This document shows positions 28,542 through 40,545 of a stretch of DNA of 64,000 bases, one piece after another. The notes beneath the pieces are model-generated. The model was not told where the DNA came from and did not search any database. It was given only the letters and a program-made list of their open reading frames with translations. Made by a program: the position numbers and the translations under genes. Source of the stretch: an uncultured delta proteobacterium (GTDB lineage Bacteria > Myxococcota > Myxococcia > Myxococcales > Anaeromyxobacteraceae); the NCBI GenBank assembly GCA_963766715.1, contig CAVYBH010000012.1:288001-352000 (forward strand), written 5' to 3'. How positions within the stretch are numbered: the stretch's first letter is position 1; each line of letters starts with the position of its first letter.

Positions 28542-30882
28542 ATGCGGATCGACCGGGCCGCGGTGCTCGGGGCCGGGGTCATGGGGGCGACCATCGCCGC
28601 TCACCTGGCCAACGCCGGGATCCGGGTCCTGCTCCTCGACGTGGTCCCCAAGGACGGCGGGGATCGCAACCGGATCGCCTCGGCGGCCCTGGCCGCGCTG
28701 GAGAAGCAGAAGCCGGCCCCGGCCTACCTGCCGTCCGACCTGGCGCGCATCGAGGTGGGCAACCTGGAGGACGACCTCCCTCGGCTGGCGGAATGCGACT
28801 GGGTGGTGGAGGTGGTCGTCGAGAACATGGCGGTGAAGAAGCAGCTGCTCGGGGAGCGGGTGGCGCCGCACCTGCGGGCCGACGCCGTCCTCTCGAGCAA
28901 CACGAGCGGGCTGTCGGTGAACGAGATCGCCGAGGCCCTTCCCGAGACGCTGCGCCCGCGCTTCCTCGTCACCCACTTCTTCAACCCGCCGCGCTACATG
29001 CGCCTCGTCGAGGTGGTTCCCAGCCGCTTCACCGACCCGGCCCTCACCGCCGGGATGTCCGCCTTCATCTCGCAGCGGCTCGGCAAGGGCGTGGTGCTGG
29101 CCAAGGACACCCCCAACTTCGTGGCCAACCGGATCGGCGTCTTCGCCATGTGCAACGCCATCCACCACATGGAGGACCTGGGCCTGACGGTGGAGGAGGT
29201 GGACGCCGTGGCCGGCCCGGCGACGGCGCGTCCTCGCAGCGCCTGCTTCCGCACCGCCGACCTGGTGGGGATCGACACGCTCGCGCACGTGGCGCGGAAC
29301 TCCTGGGACGCGCTGCCGGACGACGAGAAGCGGGACACCTTCCGGATGCCCGAGTTCGTCTCGCAGATGGTCGCGAAGGGGCTGCTCGGCAACAAGTCGA
29401 AGCAGGGCTTCTTCAAGAAGACCAAGGGGGAGAAGGCCGAGACCTTCTTCTACAATCCGGCCTCGGGCGAGTACCGCCCGAGCCAGCGGCCGAAGTTCGC
29501 CTCCGTGGAGGCGGGCAAGGGGATCGACGATCCGGGCAAGCGCCTCCGCACGACGCTCGGCGGGAACGACAAGGGCGCCGAGATGGCGTGGCGGAACCTG
29601 CGGGACACGCTCATCTACGCCTTCAACCGCGTCCCCGCCGTGAGCGACGACTACGCCGGCGTCGACGACGCCATGCGCTGGGGATTCAGCTGGGAGCTCG
29701 GGCCGTTCGAGATGCTCGACGCCATCGGGGTGGCCGAGTTCGTGAAGCGGGCCGAGGCCGAGGGCGTGGCGGTCCCGCCGCGGCTCCGGCTCGTCGACCG
29801 CTTCTACATGGAGGAGGGAGCCCGCCGGAGGGTACGCGATCCGGCCACCCTGGGCTGGCGGGACGTGCATCGCCCGGACGGCACCGTCGATCTCCTGCTG
29901 CTCAAGAAGGGGGGCGCCGTGGTCGATCAGAACGGAGGCGCCTCGGTCGTCGACCTGGGCGACGGGGTCTTCTGCCTCGAGTTCCACACCAAGATGAACG
30001 CCATCGGCGGCGACGTGCTGGCCATGGTCCACCGGGCCGTGAAGCGCGCCGAGACCGACGGCGTGGGGCTCGTGGTGGCGAACCAGGGGACCAACTTCTC
30101 CGTGGGCGCCAACCTGGCGATGCTGACCCTGGCCATCGCCGAGGGAGCCCTCGACGAGGTGAGCCTGTCGGTCTCCGCCTTCCAGCGGGCCACCATGGCC
30201 CTCAAGTACGCCCGCGTGCCGGTGGTGGCCGCGCCGCACGCCATGGCGCTCGGTGGAGGCTGCGAGGTCTGCCTGCACGCCGACGCCGTCAACGCGCTGG
30301 CCGAGACGTACATGGGGCTCGTGGAGATCGGCGTGGGGCTCCTGCCCGCCGGCGGGGGCACGAAGGAGCTGGCCCTGCGCGCGGTCCGCGCGGCCGAGGC
30401 GGGCGAGGCCGACCCGTCTCCCTTCGTGTTCAAGGCGTTCTCCACCATCGCCATGGCCAAGGTGTCGGGGTCGGCCGCCGAGGCCGCGACAGCTCGGCTT
30501 CCTCCGCCAGGGCGATTCGATCACCATGGCCGCCGACCGGCTCATTCACGACGCCAAGCAGAAGGTCCTCGCGCTCGCCGTGAACTACCGGCCGTCCGCG
30601 CCGGCCCTGGACGTCAAGGCCCCCGGCCGCTCCATCGCCGGGAGCCTCGGATCCCAGCTCTGGAACCTGCGCATGGGCGGCTTCATCACCGAGTACGAGG
30701 AAAAGCTCGGGCGCACCATCGCCGGCGTCATCACGGGCGGCGACGTGGCCGCCGGGACGCCGGTCTCGGAGCAGTGGTTCCTGGACCTGGAGCGGGAGGC
30801 CTTCCTCCGGCTCTGCGGGGAACGGAAGACGCAGGAGCGCATCCAGCACATGCTCAAGAAGGGCAAGCCGCTTCGGAACTGA
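28542..30882 (+). CDS. fadN: 3-hydroxyacyl-CoA dehydrogenase/enoyl-CoA hydratase (FadN-type); frameshift near 30485
   Basis: [24 protein letters not shown], crotonase part ALGGGCE...[15 protein letters not shown], terminal GKPLRN. Confidence 0.9.
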
Positions 30883-30896
30883 GGGAGGACGACACC

Positions 30897-32070
30897 ATGA
30901 GCGCTGCCTACCTGATCGCCGCCGTGCGCACCCCCGGCGGGAAGGCCAAGAAGGGGAAGCTGAAGGACGTCCGGCCCGACGACCTCGCCGCGGTGGCCAT
31001 CCGCGCCGCGCTGGAGCGCGCGGGAGTCGATCCGTCGCGGATCGACGACGTCATCCTGGGCTGCGCCTTCCCCGAGGGGGAGCAGGGGATGAACGTGGCT
31101 CGCGTGGCCTCCATGCGGGCCGGGCTCCCCGTCCGCGTCCCCGGACAGACCGTGAATCGCTTCTGCGCCTCCGGGCTCCAGTCGATCGCCACCGCGGCCG
31201 ACCGGATCGCCGCCGGGGAGGCCGACGTGATCCTGGCCGGCGGGGTCGAGAGCATGAGCCTCGTCCCCATGGGCGGGAACAAGTACAGCGCCAACCCGAC
31301 CCTGGTCTCCACCTGGCCCGAGACCTACGCCGGGATGGGCATCACCGCCGAGCTGGTGGCCCGGAAGTTCGACGTCGTCCCGCGCCGATCAGGACGCCTT
31401 CGCCGCCGAGAGCCACCGCCGCGCCGCCCGGGCCCAGGCGGAGGGCTGGTTCCGGGACGAGCTCGTCCCGGTCGAGGTCGAGTCCACGTCCGTCGTCGGG
31501 GGCAAGCTGAAGCGCCAGGCCGAGAGGCTGGAGGCCGACGAGGGCGTGCGCGGCGACACCTCCGTGGAGGGGCTCTCCCGGTTGAAGCCGGCGTTCCAGG
31601 TGGACGGCTCGGTCACGGCCGGCAACTCCTCCCAGATGACCGACGGGGCAGCCGCCGTGGTGGTGGTCTCGGAGCGGTACCTGAAGGAGACCGGGGCGAA
31701 GCCCATGGCCCGTCTCGTGTCCTACGCGGTGCGGGGCGTGGCGCCCGAGCTCATGGGCATCGGCCCGGTCGAGGCCATCCCGGCGGCGCTGGCGCGGGCC
31801 GGACTGAAGCTCGGCGACCTGTCGGCCCTCGAGCTGAACGAGGCCTTCGCGGCCCAGTCGCTGGCCTGCGTGCGGGAACTGGGGCTCGACCCGGCCCGGG
31901 TGAACCCGTCGGGCGGCGCCATCGCGCTGGGCCACCCGCTGGGCTGCACCGGGTCGAAGCTCACGGCCACGCTCCTCCACGGGCTGCGGAGGACGGGGGG
32001 CCGGTACGGGGCGGTGTCGATGTGCATCGGGGGCGGCATGGGCGCCGCCGCCATCTTCGAGCGGCTGTAG
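30897..32070 (+). CDS. fadA: Acetyl-CoA C-acyltransferase (thiolase); frameshift near 31378
   Basis: [30 protein letters not shown]. Confidence 0.92.
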
Positions 32071-32082
32071 GAGGAGGGGACC

Positions 32083-33861
32083 ATGGCGAAGAAGCTCTTC
32101 AAGGGGGCGGAGTACCTGATCACCGAGGCCACGGCGGACGACGTCTTCGTTCCCGAGGACTTCACCGAGGAGCAGCGGAGCATCGCGGTGACGGCCGACC
32201 AGTTCGTCAAGGCCGAGGTGGTGCCGGCGATGCACGCGCTCGAGTGCCACGACACGGCGCTGGCGGCGAGGCTGATGCGAAAGGCCGGCGACGCCGGGCT
32301 CCTCATGATCGACGCGCCGGCCGAGTACGGCGGCCTCGAGCTCGACAAGGTCACCAGCATGCTGGCCGCGGAGAAGATGGCGGCCGGGCAGTCCTTCTCG
32401 GTCTCCTACGCGGCGCACTCCGGCATCGGCACGCTGCCGCTCGTGTACTACGGGACCCCGGCGCAGAAGGAGCAGTACCTGGGGAAGATCATCACCGGCG
32501 AGTGGAGCGCGGCCTACTGCCTCACCGAGCCCGGCGCGGGCAGCGACGCCATGGGGGGCACCTCCACGGCCACGCTCTCCGAGGACGGAAAGCACTACCT
32601 CATCGACGGCACCAAGCAGTTCATCACCAACGGCGGCTTCGCCACGCTCTTCACCGTGTTCGCGAAGATCGACCGCAAGCACTTCACCGCCTTCCTGGTG
32701 GAGCGCGACTTCCCCGGCGTGACCGTCGGCCCGGAGGAGAAGAAGCTGGGCATCCAGGGCTCCTCGACCACCTCGGTGATCTTCGAGAGCGCCCGGGTCC
32801 CGGTGGAGAACGTGCTCGGCGAGATCGGCAAGGGGCACAAGATCGCCTTCAACGTGCTCAACGTCGGCCGGTTCAAGCTGGGCGCCGCCGTGCTGGGCGC
32901 CTCCAAGCACGCGCTGGCCACGGGAGCGGCCTACGCCAACCAGCGCAAGCAGTTCGGGGTGCCCATCTCCAGCTTCGGGGCCATCCAGGAGAAGCTGGCC
33001 GACGGGGTGGCGGACATCTTCGCCTCCGAGTCGCTGGTGTACCGGCTGGCCGGCCTCATCGACGACCGGCTGGCCACCATCCCCCGGGACGCCCCTCGTT
33101 ACTACGAGTCCTACCAGGGCGCCATCGAGGAGTACGCCATCGAGTGCGCCGTCTCCAAGGTGTTCTGCAGCGAGGTCCTGGCCGACGTGGTCGACGACGT
33201 CGTGCAGATCCACGGCGGGTACGGGTTCGTCCAGGAGTACCCGGCCGAGAAGTACTACCGCGACGAGCGCATCAACCGGATCTTCGAGGGGACGAACGAG
33301 ATCAACCGCCTGCTCGTGCCCGGGACCATCCTGCGCCGCGCCCTGAAGGGGGAGATCCCGCTGGAGCGGGAGGCCCGCAAGGCCTTCGAGTCGCTGCTCA
33401 ACCCGACGCTCGACGAGATCGACCCGGCCGTGCCGTACGCGGCCGAGAAGGTCGCCATCGCCAATCTGAAGAAGGTCTTCCTCCTCCTCTCCGGAGCGGC
33501 GGTGAAGCGCTTCGGCGCCGGCCTGAAGGACGAGCAGGAGGTCCTGCTGGCCGCCGCCGACGTCGCCATCCAGGCCTTCGCCATCGAGAGCGCCGTCCTC
33601 CGGGCGGAGCGCATCGGGCCGAGGCTCACGGAGGCGCGACGGGCGCTCGTCCAGGCCGCCGTGAAGGTCCACACCTTCCGCGGGATGGAGAAGGCCGCGT
33701 CGGCCGCCAAGCGGGGCGCCTTCTACGTGGCCGACGGCGACGAGCTCTCCATGCTGCTCGCCGGCGTGCGCCGGTTCACCAAGTACGACGCGTCCGGTCT
33801 CCTCGACGCCAAGCGGCGCATCGCCGCGGCCACCGTCGAGTCGGAGCGATACCCGCTGTAG
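32083..33861 (+). CDS. fadE: Acyl-CoA dehydrogenase (long form)
   Basis: [35 protein letters not shown]. Confidence 0.93.
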   Translation: MAKKLFKGAEYLITEATADDVFVPEDFTEEQRSIAVTADQFVKAEVVPAMHALECHDTALAARLMRKAGDAGLLMIDAPAEYGGLELDKVTSMLAAEKMAAGQSFSVSYAAHSGIGTLPLVYYGTPAQKEQYLGKIITGEWSAAYCLTEPGAGSDAMGGTSTATLSEDGKHYLIDGTKQFITNGGFATLFTVFAKIDRKHFTAFLVERDFPGVTVGPEEKKLGIQGSSTTSVIFESARVPVENVLGEIGKGHKIAFNVLNVGRFKLGAAVLGASKHALATGAAYANQRKQFGVPISSFGAIQEKLADGVADIFASESLVYRLAGLIDDRLATIPRDAPRYYESYQGAIEEYAIECAVSKVFCSEVLADVVDDVVQIHGGYGFVQEYPAEKYYRDERINRIFEGTNEINRLLVPGTILRRALKGEIPLEREARKAFESLLNPTLDEIDPAVPYAAEKVAIANLKKVFLLLSGAAVKRFGAGLKDEQEVLLAAADVAIQAFAIESAVLRAERIGPRLTEARRALVQAAVKVHTFRGMEKAASAAKRGAFYVADGDELSMLLAGVRRFTKYDASGLLDAKRRIAAATVESERYPL

Positions 33862-33877
33862 GCCACGGCCTCGCCGT

Positions 33878-34674
33878 TCACCCGGCGGGCGTCTGGCGCG
33901 GGTGCTTGCGCGGAAGGAATCCCGGCGCCGACGGGGGAGGGACGCCGGCAGGGACCACCGGCGTCCCCATCCGCACGGGCGGCGGCGCCAGCAGCTCGGC
34001 CTTGAGCAGCTTGGCGTCCTCCTGGTCAGGGTCTGTCGCCAGGAGCGCGTCGAGCGTGGCGAGGGCCGAGTCCTGGTCCCCCAGGGCCAGCTGGGCCCGG
34101 GCGAGCGACATCCGGGCCGGCTGGATCCCGGGGTGGTCGGCGACGAAGCGGGAGAGGAGGGGAGCCGCCTCCCCGGGCGACTTCCCTCGCACGGCCGCGG
34201 AGACCTCGGCGAAGTCGATCCAGGGGTCGCTCCGTCCGTCCTGCCGGGCCTCGCGCGCCACGGGAGCGAGCTCGCGCGGCGCGGCCGCCCAGGCCGAGGT
34301 AGACGGCGAGCGCCCTCGCCACGGCAGGGATCCCCGGGAAAGGTCCGGACGAGCGGACGGAGCTCGTCGAGCGCCTCCTCCCGGAGCGCGCGGGCCCTGC
34401 GCAAGCCTTCCTCGCCCCCGGGCGAGGCGGCGGAGACCTCCCGGAGCGTCGCCGCCGAGAGGAGCACGGCCAGCGCCCGGTTCGCGGCGGCGGCCCGATG
34501 GGCGGGATCGGACAGGAGCGGCTCGGGGACCAGCGCGATGGCCTGCGCCAGCCGGATCGCGTCGCCTCGGGCGGCGAGCGCCAGGACCTCGCTGGCCAGC
34601 GAGCTGGCCCGAGGGTCCTCGACGCTGCCTGAGGAGGAGAGGAGCAGGGCCCCGAGTGCGAGCACGACCGTCAC
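33878..34674 (-). CDS. Tetratricopeptide-repeat secreted protein; frameshifted near 34260-34320
   Basis: Signal-like N-terminus; helical repeats [30 protein letters not shown]. Confidence 0.6.
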
Positions 34675-34834
34675 CGCCGATGGCTAAGGCCGGGGCGACG
34701 GGCCTGTCAAGCGCGAGAAGCTCTCGTTCGGGTTCACCCTTGTGGGCGAACCATGAACCCGGGGTGTCCGTAACCCGGCCTTCGCGGGTCCTATCGGCAG
34801 GGGGTCGCTCGTCCCATCATCGGGGTCGGGACGG

Positions 34835-35762
34835 GTGAGCACTCGACCCGGGGAGGGGAATGAGGGGGCCAGGTACCTGACCGCGCTGCTCTGCGCTGCG
34901 GTCGTCGCCGCGCCCGGCCGAGGGCTGCCCGCCGACCCGAAGGGCGGGGATCTCGAGGAGATCCGGGCCCGCGGTGTGCTTCGTCACCTGGGCGTTCCGT
35001 ATGCCCGGTTCGTCTCCGGGAGCGAGGGAGGGCTCGACGTCGACCTCGTCCGGGCCTTCGCCGCGCATCTCGGCGTGCGATACGAGTTCGTCGAGACGGA
35101 GTGGACCGCAGCGCTCGGCGACCTGACCGGACGGCGGGTTTCCGCCAGGGAGAGCGATCCGGCGCGCGCCAGGAAGACCCCGATCCGGGGGGACATCCTC
35201 GCCACCGGGCTCACGGTCCTTCCGTGGCGGATCCGGGCCGTGGACTTCTCCGCGCCCGATCTTCCCCACCCAGGTCTGGATCGTCGCCCTTCCGGATTCG
35301 CCGGTCCGCCCCATCGTCCCTCGAGGAGACGTGTCCGCCGACATCTCCGAGGTCCGGCGTCGCCTGGCCGGCCGCCGGGTCATCGGCGTTCCCAACACCT
35401 GTCTCGATCCGGGACTCTACGGAATCGAGTCCGCCGGCGCCGTCGCGGTGCGGCTCGACACGTCCCGGCTCGACGAGGTGGCGCCCGCGCTGCTGGCGGG
35501 GCAGGGCGACCTGGCGCTGCTCGACGTCGCCGATGCCGTGCTCGCGTTCGAGAAGTGGCCGGGCCGGTTCAAGGTCATCGGCCCGGTCAGCCCGATCCAG
35601 GACATGGCCGCCGCCTTCCGGAAGGACTCGCCGCGACTGCGCGCGGCCTTCGACGCGTTCCTGGCAGGCGCCATCCGGGACGGCACCTACGATCGCCTGG
35701 TGGCGACCCACTTCCCGCGCGCCCCGGAGCTGTTCCCGGCCTTCTTCGGGGCGAGGCGATGA
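34835..35762 (+). CDS. Family 3 extracellular solute-binding protein; frameshift near 35260
   Basis: [48 protein letters not shown]. Confidence 0.8.
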
Positions 35763-38423
35763 GCCCGAACCGGGCCAGCCCGTCGGGGCGCTGGCGATCG
35801 GTGGACACGCGGGGGCCGCTCCGCAGGGCGGCCGCCTTCCTGGTCGCGGGGGCGGTCCTCTCCGCGCTGGTGGGCTGGCTCCTGGTGGAGAACTACCGTG
35901 CCTCGGCCGCGCGGCGCGCCGACGTCCTCCGGCAGCACGCCGCCAGGCTCCACTTCCAGTCGCAGGCGATGGGGCACGCCCTCGACACCGCCGAGCGGGC
36001 GCTCCGGCAGGCCGGCGACTCCGCCGAGGTGTCGGGCTTCCTCGAGAGCCTCGACCTGGGCATGAGCGAGGAGTACGGGCTCGCCCTGGCGCGCGGCGCG
36101 GCCCAGGACCGGATCGAGATCCTCGTGCGGCCGCTCCGGGACGACGGGGAGGCGGGCTTCGAGCGGGTGGTCGCTGCTCGACGAGCGGGGACGGGAGCTG
36201 GCGACGGCGGCGAGGAGCGGCGAGCGCCGCGCCGTCGACTGGACCTCCGTGGTCGGCGAGCGGGACGGGCTGTCCCTCTCCCCGGACGGGACCCACCTCG
36301 TCGCGGTCCAGTCGCTGCGACGGAACCAGGCGAACGCCGGGTTCCTGGTGGGCTGGCTGGACGGTCGTGCACAGGCGCGCGCGCTCGCCGGCGACCCGCG
36401 CGACGACACCGGCGCGATGCAGGCTCACCTCGTCGACGAGGCGGGGGTCGCCTTCCGGCCGGAGGGCGCGCCGGAGGGACTGGGCCTTCCCCGCGGCGCC
36501 CACGCCGTCCCCGACGACGGGCGGATGGTGGAGCTCGTCGACCCTTCGATCCGGTCGGGGCGCCCGACGCTCGTCTCGCGCATCCGCGTGCCCGCGCGAC
36601 CGCTCTTCCTGGTCCACGTCGTGGAGGCCGGAGACCTCTTCCGGGCCGTCCCGTCCGAGTCGGCCGCCGCCTACCTGGCGGCCGGAGCGGCGCTCGTCCT
36701 CGGCGCGGTGGGGCTGGCCGTCTTCCTCAACGTGCGGTCCCTCGTCCGGCGCACGCGGCAGGAGGAGTCGAGCGCCCGGGAGCGGGAGCTGGGAGAGAAG
36801 GACGAGGCCCTGGAGCGGGAGGCCGCCGAGCGGCAGCGCGTCGAGCGATCCCGGGCGGTGCTCGCGAACGCGCTCGAGCAGAGCGCCGACGCGGTGGCGA
36901 TCACCGACATCGTCCTCCGGATCGAGCACGTCAATCCGGCCTTCGAGCGAGCTCACCGGTCGCCCGGCGAAGGAGCTCCTCGGGACGGGCGTCCTCGACG
37001 CGCTGGCCCCCGGGGAGACCGGGAGCCCGGACGCGCAGCCGCTCGTGACGTCGCTCGGGCGCGGGGAGGGCTGGCGCGGGGCGCTGCGAGGGGCGCGGCG
37101 GGACGGAACGCCCTACGACGTCAAGGTGTCCGCGACCCCGGTCCGGGACGGCTCCGGCGCGGTGACGAACCACGTGTTCTCGGCGCGCGACGTCACCGAG
37201 GAGAAGCGGGAGCGGGAGACTCCGACGCCACGCCCAGCGGCTGGAGGCCATCGGGACGCTCGCCGGCGGCGTGGCCCACGACTTCAACAACATCCTCACC
37301 GCGATCAACGGCTACGCGGCGCTGGCCGCCGACGCCGTGCCTCCCGACGACCCGGTCCGGGAGGACCTGGAGGAGATCCGGCTGGCCGGCGCGCGGGCCG
37401 CCGACCTGACGCGCCAGCTGCTCGCCTTCGGGCGGCGGCAGGTGCTGCAGTCGGAGTCGATCGACCTGAACGGTGCGGTGGCCGGGATCCAGAAGATGCT
37501 CGGCCGCCTCGATCGGGGAGGACATCGACCTCGTCACGGACCTCCAGCCGGACGCCTGGAGGATCCGCGGCGATCGCGGCCAGATCGAGCAGGTGCTCGT
37601 CAACCTGGCCGTGAACTCCCGGGACGCCATGCCCGGCGGAGGGCGGCTCTCCATCTCCACGGCCAACGTCACGGTCAGCGAGACGGAGGCGAGGCGCTTC
37701 CCGGAGGGGCTGCCGGGCGCGTTCGTCCGGCTGCGGGTGTCCGATACGGGCGTGGGAATGGGCCCCGAGGTGCTCGCCAGGGTCTTCGAGCCCTTCTACA
37801 CCACCAAGGACCAGGGGAAGGGGACGGGGCTCGGCCTGTCCACGGTCTACGGGATCGTCCGCCAGAGCCAGGGTTTCGTCGGCGTGGCCAGCGCCCCCGG
37901 GGCCGGAGCCACCTTCGACGTGTTCCTTCCCCGCGATCCGAAGCCCCCCGGAGTCGAGGCCGCGCCGCGCGCGAGGGCGTCGGGAGCACGAGGCAGCGGG
38001 CAGGTGATCCTGGTCGCCGAGGACGAGGAGCAGGTGCGATCGCTCGTCGTGGCCCAGCTCGCGTCCCGGGGGTTCGCGGTGCTCTCCGCGGCCGACGGGA
38101 GGGAGGCCCTCCGGATCTCGGAGCAGCGCCGCGAGCGCATCGACGTGCTCCTCGCCGACGTGGTGATGCCCCGCATCTCCGGGCCGGAGCTGGCGCAGAT
38201 GATGGTCCGCAAGCACCCGGAGACCGCCGTGGTGTTCATGTCCGGGTACGCCGAGGAGGCGGTGCTCCGGGTGGGCCGCCTCGGTACCGGGGCCTCCTTC
38301 ATCGCCAAGCCCTTCGACGTCGAGGACCTCTGCGAGCTGCTCCGGAGCGTCCTCGAGAAGCCCGGGGAGGCCCCCGGCCCCCCCGAGGAAGACGTTTCTT
38401 GCCCTCCTCGTCACCCCAGGTAA
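35759..38423 (+). CDS. Membrane PAS hybrid histidine kinase/receiver; about four frameshifts
   Basis: Two TM segments, PAS, GGVAHDFNN, NSRDAM, DTGVGM, GTGLGL, receiver AEDE...DVVMP...KPF. Confidence 0.88.
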
Positions 38424-38433
38424 AAGGAAGGTC

Positions 38434-38622
38434 ATGTCCGATCACTCCGACAAGCGAAAGCAGTCGCTGTACTTCCCCGACGAGATGCTTCGCGAGATCG
38501 AGCGCGAGGCGCAGCGTCTCGACCGGTCCCTGTCCTGGATCGTCCAGCAGGCCTGGAAGCACGGACGGGCCCAGATGGCGCGGATCCCCGGCGTGAACGA
38601 CCCGCAGCCGCCCGGGGTCTAG
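38434..38622 (+). CDS. TIGR04563-type (MXAN_4361/4362 family) small protein, ribbon-helix-helix-like
   Basis: DKRKQSLYFP.EML.EI..EA.RLDRSLSW.VQ.AWK; RBS AGGAAGG. Confidence 0.85.
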   Translation: MSDHSDKRKQSLYFPDEMLREIEREAQRLDRSLSWIVQQAWKHGRAQMARIPGVNDPQPPGV

Positions 38623-38758
38623 ACCGTCCGGTCCGAGCCGCTGTCGCCCTGCATTTTTTGGGTGTTTGCGCCGGGTTCCGATTAGAACAGCCCTCCTCGA
38701 GGCGGCTCCGTCGCCTCCCCGGGACCCGTTCGTCCCGTGCCCGACCCGAGGAAGGTGA

Positions 38759-39382
38759 ATGGCCAAGAAGGATCGATGGAACCACGCGGCGAGCCGGCTT
38801 CTCGCCGGCGCGCTGCTCCTGGCGCTGGCCGCCTGCGGCCGCGACGAGGTCTCCCACTACCGCGTGCCGAAGCAGGCGGGCGGTCCCTCCGGCCCGTCCG
38901 TTCCCGGAGGGGACATGGCGGGCATGGCCGGCGCCGTGCCGCCGCCTCCGGACGCCTCGACGACGGGCCAGCTGCAGTGGGCCCTGCCGAAGGGCTGGAC
39001 CGAGAGCCGGGCGGGCGGGATGCGCTACGCGACGCTCAAGCCGACGGCCCCCGGGAAGATCGACGTGTCCGTCACCGTGTTTCCCGGCCCCGCCGGCGGC
39101 GAGGTGGCCAACGTGAACCGCTGGCGCAACCAGATTGGCCTGCCGCCCGTGGACGAGGCGGCGCTCGCCCGGGACCGCAAGACGCTCAAGTCGCCCGCGG
39201 GGAACGTGGCAGTGTTCGATTACACCAGCGAGGGCGAGACCAAGACGCGCCTGGTGGCCGCCATCCTCTTCGCCGGGGGAAATAGCTGGTTCGTGAAGAT
39301 GGTTGGAGATGCGGGCCCCGTGGCCGCTTCCCGGCCCGAGTTCGTCCGCCTCCTGGAGAGCCTGCGCCTTGCTAAGCCCTAA
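38759..39382 (+). CDS. Uncharacterised lipoprotein upstream of cytochrome c biogenesis genes
   Basis: Lipobox LAAC; YRVPK, W.LP.GW, ANVNRWRNQIGL, WFVKMVG. Confidence 0.8.
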   Translation: MAKKDRWNHAASRLLAGALLLALAACGRDEVSHYRVPKQAGGPSGPSVPGGDMAGMAGAVPPPPDASTTGQLQWALPKGWTESRAGGMRYATLKPTAPGKIDVSVTVFPGPAGGEVANVNRWRNQIGLPPVDEAALARDRKTLKSPAGNVAVFDYTSEGETKTRLVAAILFAGGNSWFVKMVGDAGPVAASRPEFVRLLESLRLAKP

Positions 39383-39392
39383 GAGTCCCGTC

Positions 39393-40544
39393 ATGCAGGT
39401 GCTGACGTCCCTCCAGCTGACGATCGTCTGCCTGGCGTCGCTCATGGTGCTCGTCACCGCCGCCACGCTGGCGCAGGTGGAGCTGGGCACGGTCGGCGCC
39501 GTGAACATCTACATGCGCTCCTTCCTGGTGTGGTGGAACATCCCCAACTCCCAGTGGATGATCCCCATCTTCCCGGGCGGCGCCCTGGTCGGCCTCGTGC
39601 TGATCGTGAACCTCATCGCCGCCCAGGCCATCCGGCTCCAGTTCACCTGGAGCAAGGCCGGCCTCTGGATCGTCCACCTCGGGCTGATCCTCTTCGTGGG
39701 CGGCGAGTTCATCTCCGGCTCGATGCAGGTCGAGTCGCAGATGGCCATCGAGAACGGCCAGACCGTCAACTTCATCGAGGGGCGCGACGCCGAGCTCGCC
39801 CTCATCGACGTGACCGATCCGGCCCACGACGAGGTCTACTCCGTCTCGGCCCGGGCGCTGAGGCGCGAGGGCACCGTCTCCATCCCCGGCACGCCCGTCA
39901 CGCTCAAGATCCACGACTTCGCCCAGAACGCGCAGCTCCGGAACCGCGCGCCGACCGATCCGCCCGCCCTCGCCACGGCAGGCGTCGGGACGGCCGTGAC
40001 GATGGTGAAGCTTCCTCCCGTGTCGGCGGACAACGACGTCGACGCGAGCGCGGCCCTGGTGGAGCCCATCGCCGGCGGGCGGAGCTACGGGATCTGGCTC
40101 GCGTCCCAGGCGCTCGGCGCGCCGCAGTCCTTCACGCACGAGGGGCGCACCTACCAGATCTCCATGCGCCACCGGCGCCAGTACCTGCCCTACGCCGTCA
40201 CCCTGAAGAAGTTCAGCCACGACAAGTACGCGGGCACCGAGATCCCCAAGAACTTCTCCAGCCTGATCCACCTGTCGAACCCGACCACGCGCGAGGAGCG
40301 CGACGTCCTCATCTACATGAACCAGCCGATGCGCTACGACGGCAAGGCCTTCTACCAGGCCAGCTTCGGCAAGGGGGACACCCTCTCCATCCTGCAGGTG
40401 GTGGAGAACCCGGGCTGGCTCCTGCCCTACATCTCGTGCGTGCTGGTCTCGCTGGGGTTGATCATCCACTTCACCGTGAGCCTGCGAAAGTCGTCCAAGA
40501 AGCGAGAGGCGGCGCGGCTGGCCCAGTCCGCGCAGGAGGCGTGA
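39393..40544 (+). CDS. resB: Cytochrome c biogenesis protein ResB/CcsB-like
   Basis: Three N-terminal TM with H in VHLG, periplasmic domain, YAGTEIPKNFSS, IYMNQPMRY.G..FYQASF, C-terminal TM. Confidence 0.82.
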   Translation: MQVLTSLQLTIVCLASLMVLVTAATLAQVELGTVGAVNIYMRSFLVWWNIPNSQWMIPIFPGGALVGLVLIVNLIAAQAIRLQFTWSKAGLWIVHLGLILFVGGEFISGSMQVESQMAIENGQTVNFIEGRDAELALIDVTDPAHDEVYSVSARALRREGTVSIPGTPVTLKIHDFAQNAQLRNRAPTDPPALATAGVGTAVTMVKLPPVSADNDVDASAALVEPIAGGRSYGIWLASQALGAPQSFTHEGRTYQISMRHRRQYLPYAVTLKKFSHDKYAGTEIPKNFSSLIHLSNPTTREERDVLIYMNQPMRYDGKAFYQASFGKGDTLSILQVVENPGWLLPYISCVLVSLGLIIHFTVSLRKSSKKREAARLAQSAQEA

Positions 40545-40545
40545 G

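Noticed and set aside
28512..34838. 2108-aa ORF and other very long ORFs (46368-50033, 42189-46136, 25381-28284, 3070-5007) suggesting giant fusion proteins
   Set aside because: They are chimeras made by frameshifts and stop-poor GC-rich frames; only parts match real proteins, and internal genes have their own RBS and start.
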